From the NCBI RefSeq assembly GCF_009914755.1, contig NC_060946.1: a DNA stretch of 64,000 nucleotides, one strand, 5' to 3'. The notes under the pieces were generated by a model. The model was not told the origin of the DNA, did no database searches, and saw nothing but the letters and a program-made list of their open reading frames with translations. The translations under genes were made by a program, and so were the position numbers. Within the stretch, counting starts at the first letter, position 1. The number at the start of each line of letters is the position of its first letter. The DNA comes from the human T2T-CHM13v2.0 reference genome, Homo sapiens. Shown in pieces: positions 1 through 11,256 of the stretch.

Positions 1-700
1 GGAAAAATACACCTCTGAGAAAGTGAAGTCGTTCCAGGACAGGCTCACCGAAGTCCTCCAGGGCCAGGCAGCCGCACGGGGAGAAGGCTGGGCTGCATAG
101 GCAGGGCTGCGGAGCTGAGTGCTCAGAGCCACTCCGGCCTCCTCTTCAGTCTTGTGAGAACCCTTCAGGCCTGGGGCCCCCGGGAGAAGCAAGCACCCCT
201 CCTCTTCAGGTAAATCCACTTCAAGTCACTTTATCCCCCTCTCTCTGAGAGCTGATTGCAGCTGAGATCGAGCCCTGAGGACGTGCCAGGATCCTCCAAC
301 GCCTTCTAGAACAAACACACCACCCGCTTGGCACTGCCAAACAGCCTCAGAGCCTCAGGGAGGCAGTTGGCTCTGTCGCTCCAGCTCTCTGCATTTCTTT
401 TGTCTGTTTAAGCCTAAGAAGATCACCTTCCCCAGACACTGTTCTAATCACCACTCTTTGGGGCTACTACAGCCCTCCCAGGTGTTGGGCAAACCATTAT
501 CTTCTTGGGATCACCCAATGTGCGGCATCCTTCCTCCTGCCATCCTCTATCTTTGTAGAATTGGTGACGGGAGCCTGAAAGCCTCCCGGGTCTTCTAGGA
601 GGCTAGGACTGAAGCTCGGTGGCCCATGCTGCCGTGGATGACATTACAAGTGCTGACCTGAAACCTCTGGTGGACCACAGGCATCCTGGGCAGACGGGGC

Positions 701-1104
701 TGATATGTATGGTTTGGATGGCCGTCCCCTCCAGATCACATGCTGAGATGTGATCCCCAGTGTTGGAGGTGGGGCCTGCTGGAAGGTGTTTTGGTCATGG
801 GGGTGGACCTCTCATGAATGGCTTGTAACTGTCCTTCTAGTAGTTAGTGGGTTTTCACGAGATCTGCTTGTTTACAGTGTGTGGCTTTTCTCCCCCAGCT
901 CTTGTTTCTGACATGTGATGTCCCCGCTCCCTCTTTCTTTGCCTTCCACCATGATTGTGAGCCTTCCAAGGCCTCCCCGGAATCAGAGGCCAGCAGGATG
1001 CTTCCTGTACAGCCTGCAGAACCATGAGCCAATTAAACCTCTTTCCTTACAAATTACCCAGTCTCATGTATTGCTTTATAGCAGGGCAAGAATGGCCTAA
1101 TACA
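701..1104 (+). mobile_element. MaLR solo LTR, MST family (MSTB/MSTA-like)
   Basis: Starts TGATATG...GGTTTGGATG and ends AATGGCCTAATACA. Internal MST hallmarks CCCCAGTGTTGGAGGTGGGGCC and CAGAACCATGAGCCAATTAAACC. 5-bp flanks GGGGC/GTGGC fit a TSD with 1 mismatch. Confidence 0.9.
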
Positions 1105-2223
1105 GTGGCACCTTGGGCAAAATGTTTTTAGTGCCTTGTGTTTGCGGTGCAATTTCAGACCAATCACAACATATTTGCATCCCTTGTATGTGCCAGGCTT
1201 AGAAACTATGCTGGGTGATTTTGCAATGCCCAAGGCCCTTCCTTCCAGGAGCTAGAAATCAAATTGTGATGGTTGGGTGGGAGCGTGTCTGAAGAACCCT
1301 GCAGGAAGCACGGAAGGTGCCCACAGGCCCAACCAGAGTCTCCTCAGGGCTGAAGTCTGCCACACACCTCTGTCAATCCAGAGAACCCGGAGGGTCCCCT
1401 CATGCCAGCCCGAGCTGCCTCCACCCCGGCTGGTGAAGCATCTTTCCCCATGACCAGGCCAGGCTGTGGGCTGCTGAGTGGGGAGGGATGTGGGCCGGTC
1501 TATCTCTCTCCTCTGTCCACCCCAGAGACAGGAGCAGACAGTGGTGGGCCAGGCCTCCAAGAATGACGTCAGAGGAGACATGCGACTTGGCTGAGATGTT
1601 GCAGGGGGAGCAGGATGTCGGCAGACTGGAATAAGATGGCCAGACCATCCAGGGAGGTGAGCAGATTGGCAGCACCCGCCGAGGTGCATCTCCTTCAGGC
1701 CTTGGAGCAGACAGTGCAGTGTCCTGGGAGGCCCACACCCAGTTAGAGCCTGCGGAGGCCACAGAGCCACTCTTCAGCCCTCTCGGGATCCGGAAAGAAA
1801 AAGTCTCTGGATTCCATGGCATCCCCACCCAGGCACACGCCAGCCTCCGCCTACATTTGCTGGCTGCTCCTGTCTGCCTGGACGCCGCCCTTTCTACATG
1901 GGCCTTGCAGGAGCCTCTCCGCAGGGGAAGAAGCAAGGTCCAGCTTGGCGAGCTGAGTGAGAAAAGGTAGCAAAGGGGAATGAGCATCACTGGGAGGGTG
2001 ACCCTCAAAAGCAGAATATGAATTTTTTTTTCCAAGAATAAAGCTAGACATGCACATGGACATGTGACGCCACCCAGGCAACCGTGCCAAGCCCACATTA
2101 CAGAAATGCACCCGGGACCCACCCAGAAAAGCACAACACAGAGGGAGGCAAAGGCTCCATGAGGCAGGGAGGGGACGGGGGTGGCCGGGCATGGCTCTCC
2201 ACTTCTGCTTGTTTATATTTTTA

Positions 2224-2657
2224 TGCTTAATTAAGTAATTAATTTTTTGAGACAAGGTCTCACTCTGTCACCCAGGCTGGAGGGCAGTGGTGTGATCATG
2301 GCTCTCTGCAGCCTTGATTTCCCAGGCTTAAGCAATCCTCCTGCCTCAGCTCCCCAGGCAGCTGGCCCTACAGGAATGCACGAAAATACCCGAACAATTT
2401 TTGTATTTTGTATAGAGACAAGGTTGTGCCATGTTGCCCAGGCTGGTCTCAGCTTCCTGGGCTCAAGCAATCCTCCTGCCTCAGCTCCCCAGGTAGCTGG
2501 CACTACAGGAATGCACCACATACCTGACCAATTTTTGTATTTTGTGTAGAGACAAGGTTTTGCTATGTTGCCCAGGCTGGTCTCGCCTTCCTGGGCTCAA
2601 GTGATCCTCCTGCCTTGGCCTCCCAAAGTGGTGGGATTACAGGCACCGTACCCAGCC
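2224..2657 (-). mobile_element. AluJ with an internal ~135-bp duplication (three-arm Alu)
   Basis: Antisense Alu with AluJ-type motifs (CTGCAGCCTTG, GGGCTCAAGCAATCCTCC). Segment 2330-2464 is repeated at 2465-2598. TSD TGTTTATATTTTTA at 2210-2223 and 2658-2671. Confidence 0.9.
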
Positions 2658-4566
2658 TGTTTATATTTTTAAAACCAGGAGCCTGGAGCAAGCGTGACAG
2701 AATGTGTATGTACGTTAGCCCCAAAAAGCAATGCGTGGGGTGTGTGCTCCTCATCTTTATCGTGTATTTCTTAAACATCCTTTAACTAAAAATGCAAAAC
2801 CTTGTTGGAAGAACAGAGCCTTGGCTGGATGGGAAGGGCTGTGTGCCCTGAGGTCTTCCACCTCCAGCCGACCTTGCACCAGGCCCAGAGTGCACAGGGC
2901 AGGCTGTGGAGCCCTGATCATTCTGTCACACACTGGCTGGAATGCTGGACAGCTCATGGGGCCTTTCCCTTCCTCCGTGACCCCCTCACCCCAGCACGGC
3001 ACCTCAGGGTATTCTGTGGGGTTTTAACATAGATACTTGCACATGAAAGCACTCACAGAAGGAACCAAAGAGCAAAATAGAATTTCAGCTTTGTACCGTG
3101 CCCCAGTGCTGACATCTCAGCCTCATCCTTAAGCCTCCTCTCCTCCATCCCTGTCCTCTCCCTCTACGCTGGGGTAAAGGTCTACCTGGGGTGGGACTTG
3201 GGTGCACGTTGAACCAAGTCCAAATGCTCCCTCCATCCCCCTTCCCCCATCAAAAGGTGACACCAAAATCATGCACAGCCACAGCCTGCTTCCCTGACAC
3301 ACAACAGGCACTCTGCTCGTGTCCCACCATGAGGGGCTCTTGGCTGAACAAGTGCCAGGGACGTGCCTGTAGAGAACACAGGGCCGCTCCTCTCACCCTG
3401 CCTGGGAGCCCTTCTGCGGGGAGCTGCAGTGAATGCAGCTGGCCCCGAGGTCACGGTGTTTTTTGCCTTGCTCTCCGCATCTCTCTGCTTGCCTCTCCCC
3501 TGCCCAGGATTCATTCTCTGGGATGGCAGCAGAGGCTCCAGGCTCCCCACCAACCCCCACCCCGACAGCCTAGCAGCCCTGACGGAGATGCAGCAGGGGG
3601 TGGGTTGTCAAGGACGTCAACAAGGTCTGCCCCAGACCTTGCGGCATGTCCACAGCCAGGAGTCCTCTGGTGGGTCGGTCCTGCGCCCACTGCTGGGGCC
3701 AGGGGCAGGGGCCACCCACACCTAAACCCAGAGGCAGAACAGACCCAAGAGGAGAATTAGCTGATAAAATCCACATGTCCACCTTGGGGGTTCACCTGAG
3801 AGGTGCCAGGAAGCCCTTTCTTGGGGCTGTAGGAAGTCTGAGTTCAGAGGTGAGAGAGGCTGAGTCTGGGCTGCGGGGAGCTACGTGTGTGCATGCGTAG
3901 CAGATGAACCCAAAGTCTGGGATGTGGAGGAGGCTGAACAAAGGAAGAAAGAGCGGGGACACCTGAGGGACCAAGACCACTGACTGCCCAGGTCTGGACC
4001 CCTGACTATTTCCAGGAAGCAAGGTTGCTGCCTCCTCTGAGGGACGGTGCCACCTTGCTGAGCCTCTGGCAGCTCCCAAGTTCCCATGTGGGTGGCCTCC
4101 AACAGCAACGGGGGAGGACAGTGTCCAGCTCTGCGGAGGGAAGGAAACCATTTTCTTTCAGGCTCTCCACCCAGGTGTACCTGGGCTGGCAGGCTGGAGA
4201 GACAGGGGCCTGGGGGAAACATGGGGAGAGACCAAGGCTGCAGAACCATCCCGTGCCCAGACACAAAATGGAGGTGTCTCTGTTGCAGATACATTCCCAA
4301 CCCCGGACCCACACAACAGAGTCAGGCCCAAGAGACGGGCTCCGGCCGTCCATGCCTTCTCCTGGATTCCTCCAGCAGAGAGCCCTGCAATCTTCATCCT
4401 CATATCAGGGATCAGAGAAAGTTCCAGGCACACTGGCTGGCTCCCTGTGAGGAGGCCACACCCTGGCTTAGAAAAGCAGAGGCACAGTGACGCCCAGGGA
4501 CCCAGGGGGACGCCGCCGTGTCTCCTCCTCAAGGGTCCAGAGGAGGGGAGGCAGGAGCCGCATGCG

Positions 4567-4756
4567 GGTGCACAGAGGAGGTGCATATAGGGTGGACAGA
4601 GGAGGTGTGGACAGGGGAGGTGTGGACGGTGTGGACAGGTGAGATGTGGATGGGACGGGGTGGACAGGGGAGGTGTGGACGGGGCGGACAGGGGAGATGT
4701 GGATGGGGTGGGGCAGACAGGGGAGATGTGGATGGGGATGGGGTACACAGAGGAGG
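4567..4756 (+). repeat. G-rich degenerate minisatellite (core about GTGGACAGGGGAGGT)
   Basis: Repeated GTGGAC/AGGGGAG(G/A)TGTGGA motifs with strong G skew. Confidence 0.8.
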
Positions 4757-5385
4757 CCGGAGGTCTTCGAAGTTTTCCTTCCCTTCAAAGTGGCCTGTCC
4801 TAAATTCTCCCTCAGAAAGTAGCAAGAAGGTGCGACTTTGGTGGAGCAAAGGGGCAAGTGTCCAGGGGACGTGCATCCTAGGAGGTGCCCAGGTCAGCCT
4901 CACTTCCCTTCCATCAGCCCCTTCTAGGAGTCAGAGCAGCTGGAGGTGACCACCTGCTCCCGCCCTCCCATGGAATTTTCCCAGCAGGACTGGGAGGGAG
5001 GCATCGTGTCTCCAGTTTTCACATGGGGAGACTGGGCCCAACGAGGCAGATTAGCCATGAGCCCTTCTCCCATGTGTCTTGACATCTCAGCCAGGTTGGC
5101 TCACCGTGAAGGAAGAAGGCCTGGTGTGGGAGGTGAGAGAGGCGTTGTAAGGGGGGCCTGCCCACCTGCCCCACTGTTGCAGGACGTGAGGGGGCCTGTA
5201 GGAAGTGAGAGGGGCTGTAGCGGGGGCCTGCCCACCTGGCCCCACTCTCTGCTTGCTGGGCCACCCATAGACAAGTGACTTGGCCACTCTGGCCTCTCCT
5301 ATCTGTCAAATGAGGAAATGAGCAGGGGTGATCTAGGCTTCCTGTCCCTGGAAGACACATGCAGGACCTGGAGCACAGAAACTGT

Positions 5386-5507
5386 TCTGTCCTTCCAGAT
5401 GCCCCAGAGCTCCCTGGAACCCTGATCCCGCCACCCTGTGGTCTGTCCTTCCAGATGCCCCAGAGCTCCCTGGATCCCCGATCCCGCCACCCTGTGGTCT
5501 GCCCTTC
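5386..5507. repeat. 56-bp tandem duplication
   Basis: TCTGTCCTTCCAGATGCCCCAGAGCTCCCTGGA...CCCGCCACCCTGTGG starts at 5386 and again at 5442, with 2 mismatches. Confidence 0.92.
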
Positions 5508-7239
5508 TTCCGCCTCTGGACATCAGCTTGCTGGAGCCATTCCCTGTGGCTATGCCAGGTGCCTCAAGACAGGCTGCAGGCCCCGCTGTGCAGCTCACCC
5601 TCTGGGGGACCTTCCACTGTCTGGAAGACCATAAGGTCCCTGGGTCTCAGCTCTGCTGCCTCAGATGGGAATGGCAGCCCCACTCTGCTGCCTCCTGGGG
5701 CCGTGGAGCCTGGATTTCATGTCTCAGGGGACCTCACTTTCAGGGCCTTCCTCCTGCTCTGTCTCAGGGCACTCACCTGGTCCCCTGCCCTGTCACTCAT
5801 GATCACGTGAGCCCAGTGTGCAGATGCCGGGAAAGTGCAAAGGTCATGGCATCTGTGCTGGGCCCCACCAGGAGGATGGGGGTGAGCCAAGGGCCACAGT
5901 TATAACCCCTCCAGCATGGCTCCGCCACGTCTGTGGTGCTGCAGGAATGCAGAGCGGAACGAGACGTGGCCCTCGCTTTCTGCCTTGTCACCTGCATCGT
6001 ACCGGAGCGGCGGGCATGAGCTGAGAGCCAGAGCAATGCCAGGGCTGGATGCCCACCGCAGAGAGGCCAGCCTTCCTGTGGGGCAGGCTGGCCTCACCCA
6101 ATTCCAAGCATCCCAGGGCCAGCCTGGCTGACAGTGCTGGCGTTTAGATTCAGGACGTGCAGCCTCTGTGCTTTCTCCTGACCCACCCAGGGCTGAGGAG
6201 GGACTGCCGGCAAGATACTGGGAGCTAATGTTTTAAGTGACAACATAGGAGACATCACAAACGCAGAGGGCTGCATCCAGGCCCCAAAAGGCACAGGGCA
6301 CTGGGTACTGGGCCCAAGAGGAGCAAGATTCGGGAATGGGTGGGCCAGGGCATCACACAACCTCTGCCCACAGGTTCTGAGATACTTCCAGCCAGGCCAG
6401 GAAAAAGGAGGGCTCTCCTATGCTTTCAAAGGGAGAAAACCCTCTTCCCAGGGTGGCTGCCTCTTCTAGAAAGTCACTTAAAGAGAAGCTGTCCTTCCGG
6501 GGGCTTTTTACAGCCATGGCTCAGGCAGCCCTTTTGAGGATAAATGGTTAAGAGCTTATTTTTCCATAAATTAGCAAGAGAGAAAAACCCATACAATTTG
6601 TCAGTAGGCTTCAGAATTGTGCTATTTTCAAACAGTACACATCGGGGCGTGCTTAGAACCATATGGTATCTCAGTGCCGCTAACTCAGACAGCCTGTGCC
6701 ACAGGACGCTGAGTGCACAGGGGCTAACGGTCAAGTGTTGACTGCCCTGCCTGGCGCCCTGGGGGTTGTGACCCTCATTGTGATAGGAACAGTTAGACTA
6801 TTAAAGCAGATCTTATGCTGTGAGTATGAAATCTGTGCCAGGCCCTGGGTGAAGGTTAGCCCAGGGAGGCTAAGGAACTGGACCCAGGTCACACGTCTAA
6901 GAAGTAGCAGTGAGATCCAGCCCTCAGCTCTCCCGCAGACACTGCAGCAGCATTTACTGCGAGTCTTGAGGACCCTTCGTCATGCTGGTGTGAGTAGCTG
7001 GTGCTGGCTGGATATGCCTGGAGTCCAGTGAGGTCAGCAGCTGAGAATATCCCTGAAGATCAGGGGACAGAGACCAGGCAGCTGACAACCACATATCTGC
7101 AGCCCCAAGGGGCGAGAACATGCCCGTTTCAGGGATGGGTAAACTGAGGCCCATGGGGCGGGGACTGGTACTCACTAAGCACCATTTTTGTCCCAGACCA
7201 TCTGCCAGGGGCCTGCTTTCCACAGTAAGCCTCCGAGAT

Positions 7240-7345
7240 TGGGAGTATCATTCTCATGTTATAATTAAGGATTACTGAGGCTCAGAGAGGTTAGGACAGC
7301 TGCCCAGAGTCACCCAGCGGGCAGGTAGCAGCAAGGTGGCTTCAA
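7240..7345 (-). mobile_element. MIR fragment
   Basis: ACTGAGGCTCAGAGAGGTTAGGACAGCTGCCCAGAGTCACCCAGC matches the antisense MIR core. Confidence 0.7.
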
Positions 7346-7806
7346 AGCCCTGCATTCCAGCAGGCCAGCCCGGGGAGCACCGCTCAGACCCTTGGGCCAT
7401 GGCTTCACCATAGGTCCGTGTGCTCCTGCCTCACAAGAGGGCAAGCTTCCATTCCTGGATGAGCTTCTGCTTTTGCAGAGCGTCCCAAGCTCCTGAACGC
7501 AGACTCAGAGCAAAGGAACGCAGGGCAGGCGAAGGAAGGGCACCCAGCACGCCTCATGCCTGAGGACTATGAGCCGAGCTGACAGCAGGGACTGGTATCT
7601 CCCAGCTCCCACTCCAGGTGTGAGAGAGGGAAAGGGAGCAGAGGGGAGGGAGGAGGGATAAGGATGGTGGGGGGAGGGACGGCCCTAGGGCTGAGGAGCC
7701 ATCCTGCAAACTCGGTTCCTATGCCCCTTCCAGAGCCTGGTCAGCCTCTGCAGCTGGCATGTGGAGTCCACCCCAGCCCAGGAATCCACACTGAAGGCAT
7801 CCTGCC

Positions 7807-7953
7807 CCTCTCCGTGGCACCTCTCCGTGGCACCTTTCTGTAGCCCCTCTCTGTGGCCCCCTCCGTGGCACCTCTCTGTAGCCCCTCTCCATGGCACCTC
7901 TCCGTGGCACCTCTCTGTAGCCCCTCTCTGTGGCCCCTCTCCGTGGCACCTCT
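7807..7953. repeat. 13-bp minisatellite, about 11 copies (CCTCTCCGTGGCA / CCTCTCTGTAGCC / CCTCTCTGTGGCC)
   Basis: Units read directly at 13-bp spacing, with one 12-bp unit. Confidence 0.92.
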
Positions 7954-9320
7954 GACATTTCTGACATTTCAGCTTCAGGCCATGTGGTGCTGGGACTCCG
8001 TCCTCAGGAAGGCCTGGAGGAGCCTTTGGTTCCCTCCTGAGCTGGGGCCACGCCAAAACCACCATGTCAAGGCGACCGACGCCCAGGCCGAGGGTGGATG
8101 GTGGGTGGGATGGTGCCGGCAGCTTGCAGCGGCTCTGCCACTGGGGGACTCCCGTGGTTCTCCCAGGCCTCCTTCCTCCGCCTTACCACTGTCTGGGGTG
8201 GCCCTCATCAAGATGTGGCATGACCACCTCTCCTCCGTCCAATCAGACCCACGGCCTCCCCCTGGCCCTGAAGGCACCCAGCAGGGTGGGTGGGTGGAGA
8301 GTCAGGGTGAGGGGCAGCTTGGTGCACATCACAGAGCCCTGAGGCCCTGGACCTATGTCTGCGGGTGAAATGAGCAAGCCTAGATTAGAACTTGACAGGG
8401 AATTGGAAATGATGTTTCCCCTCCAATGAATTCTAAAATAAACACTCTGCAGCCGGCACCCATTTCCTGTGCCCTGCTTCTCGGTACAGCCACGATTCAC
8501 TTATGATCTTGTCGGTTATAAATTGCAGCCCGCATTTCTCATATCAAAATGCACAGCCAGTGATATTTAACTCTAAAGAAATATATCCCCCGGCAGTGAA
8601 TACAGTCAGAAATTACTCACTGAATTTAACCAAGGAGAGAACGATGCCATATAGATGTACAGCATAAATTCACAAATGTGGGACAATGGCCACCATTTAT
8701 TAACATTTTATCTCCTCGTGGAAATGTTTGACCTTGCTTCAGCAGTTTTACTGGGAGCAAGATCTCTGGAAGCTCCCATTTCCCCTCTTTCCAAAAGCAG
8801 CCTGAGCTGTTCAAAGTAGTAAATACCTTTCAAGTTGTCATTTTCCTGATGTTTTCTTTAACCCGGGAGAGGAAGAAAAATTGTGGGGAGAAAAGGTTTC
8901 CCCCAGAAAAGTGCCTTTTGAACTTGTCGTGGAAATTCAGGTCATTGAAACCTGCTCAAGTTCATAAAAGGAAATGAAAGCAATTTAACCGTGGGGGGCT
9001 GAGGTTTCTGATGAGGGTACTGGACTCAGGAGTATTGCATATTGGAGAGGGAAGTGGGGGGCCTGTACCTGGCAGGCGTAACCAAATTAAACCCATTCAT
9101 TCACTCTGGGATCCAGATCGCACACTGAGCACGCACCCTGCTGTAGGCTTTGGGCAGGATGTAAAACTGTCAAAAATACAAAAGGGACAGAACCAGCTCC
9201 TGGCCTCGGGCAGCCAGCAGTCTAGGGTCTAGACATCCAGATGAACAGCCAGAAAACTGGAAATAAACACAACACTTACAAAGGCTTACGAAGTGCTGCA
9301 GGGTCTAGAGGAGGGGGCGT

Positions 9321-9439
9321 GTCTCCCCTCTTAATCCACACCTACCCGGGGCCTTGTCCACGTCTCTCCTCTTAATCCACACCTGCTCGGAGCCCTGTGC
9401 ATGTCTTTCCTTTAATCCACGCCTACCCAGGACCCTGTC
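9321..9439. repeat. 41-bp tandem repeat, about 3 copies
   Basis: GTCTCYCCTCTTAATCCACACCTRC... starts at 9321, 9362 and 9403. Confidence 0.85.
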
Positions 9440-9754
9440 AGCTTCTCTGACCTCCCTGCTTCACTCTGAGGTCTGGAAGCCACTGACCAGGGTCTGCAGT
9501 CAGGACAGGTGAGTGCAAGCTGTGCAGAAAGATGGCCAAGGCAGCTAGGGAGGCCAGGGGAACACGTGGCTGGGGCCCAATGTCACACCTCATCCTTGAA
9601 GCTCGAAGAGGTGAAGACAAGGAAACACTTGACCACAATCATCTGTCTCCCATGAGCTGGGTAGGAGGCGAGATGCCACACAATTGCAGCCCACGGGCGA
9701 TTTCTCGAGATGCTCTGGGGTGAAGGGGGTAACCAGCCCTTCCTCTATGCATAT

Positions 9755-11040
9755 TACTGTTTTTGCAAATACAATGTATGTTTATGATAAAGAATAAAGC
9801 TATTCCAAAAGTGCAAAGAAGAAAACAAATCACCCCCAACTCCCACCACCCAGAAATAATATCATTATGTAAAAAAAAAGATTCTACATCTTTCTTGATA
9901 GAGAGACAGAGAGAGAGGGAGAGAGAGAGAAGTGGAGATAGAGATGGACACACAGAGAGATAAATAATATAAATGATTGTGTAAAACAGGGGTGTCTAAT
10001 ATTTTGGCTTCACTGGGCCACATTAGAACAAGAAGAATTGTCTTGGGCCACACATAAAATACACAAACAATGACGATAGCTGATGAGCTAAAGAAAAAAA
10101 ATCACAAAAAAGATCTCATAATGTTTTAAGAAAGTTTAAGAATTTGTGTTGGGCTGCATTCAAAGCCATCCTGGGCCACATACAGCCTACAGGTCACAGG
10201 TTGGACAAGTATAAAATAAGATGGTGTCATACGTGATGCTTGCAGCAAAAACTTTAATTTAATTTTAGTCCCATTTAACAAAATGATTTTTTTAAGTGAA
10301 GTGAAATTAGAGGAATTGCTGTACTTTAACTGTTTCTTGATCACCAACAATATCATTCTAAAAGTTCTTTCTGAAACTAAGGACAATTATTACATTAAAA
10401 ATTAGGTTGATGTTTTATTTTTTGTATCCAATGAGCCCCCTCAGTGGAAGATGAATTTAATATTCTTGCTGCCTGATCCCACCCTCTTTCCAGATTTCCA
10501 GACTTTCTTCATTATATCACTTCTGTGTTCGCATTGTCAAGGTTTATGAAGGTACATTTTGTTCTGAGCAATAGTTCCCACAGTGGTTTTCATTTATACC
10601 TAATCTTTACAGGACTCATATTCACCACATGTCCTTAGAGCCTTCAGTTTTTCCACAACCATGTTATTTATTGTCAATCACTCATGAGGTATTTTTTGTT
10701 TGTTTCAATTTTGTAAAAGCTCAAAAGACTGTACTTCCTGAGCTCCTGCAGGCTGAAGAAGATATGTTGGTTGATTGTATGCCAAAAGGTCATTTAGCTA
10801 GGTATAAAATTTTTGGTAAATATAGTCTTCCCCCTCAAATTCAAGACCTTTGTTCTTCCTGCTTGATATTAAGTGTCATATTGGTCTTCATTTTTTTAAC
10901 CTATTAATTTTCCCAGATTATGTATTTATATGTTTTTCTGAGAATGATGATTTCTGTGAGTGATTGATGCCCTGTGTTATTTCATGTGTGAGAATGCTTC
11001 TTAAATTAAAAATATATATCCCTGCAAGAACTGTAGACAT
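9755..11040 (-). mobile_element. Ancient L1M (L1ME/MC-like) remnants, interrupted by MER30
   Basis: AT-rich block. AAATCACCCCCAACTCCCACCACCCAGAAATAA resembles old antisense L1 3' UTR. Boundaries are approximate. Confidence 0.4.
9987..10208 (+). mobile_element. MER30 (hAT-Charlie non-autonomous DNA transposon)
   Basis: CAGGGGTGTCTAAT...GGGCCACACATAAAATACAC...GATAGCTGATGAGCT...GGTTGGACAA follows the MER30 consensus. 8-bp flanks GTGTAAAA (9979-9986) and GTATAAAA (10209-10216) fit a hAT TSD. Confidence 0.9.
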
Positions 11041-11185
11041 TGTTCTATAGTTTGATCACAAAGCTGGGACTAGGGTGAGCCCAGCAAAGTGCATAGATCA
11101 TAAAATGTGCCTCCATCAGCTGTGCCTGGTGCACTCCCCTGGCCCTGTTGGCTGGCATCTTGGAGAAGCCTGAGGTCAGCCTGCT

Positions 11186-11256
11186 ATTTTATTTTTATTT
11201 TTTATATTTTGAGACAGAGTCTTGCTCTGTCACCCAGGCTGGAGTGCAATGGCATG
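11186..11256 (-). mobile_element. Alu 3' fragment
   Basis: T-rich tail followed by GAGACAGAGTCTTGCTCTGTCACCCAGGCTGGAGTGCAATGGCATG, then similarity ends. Confidence 0.85.
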
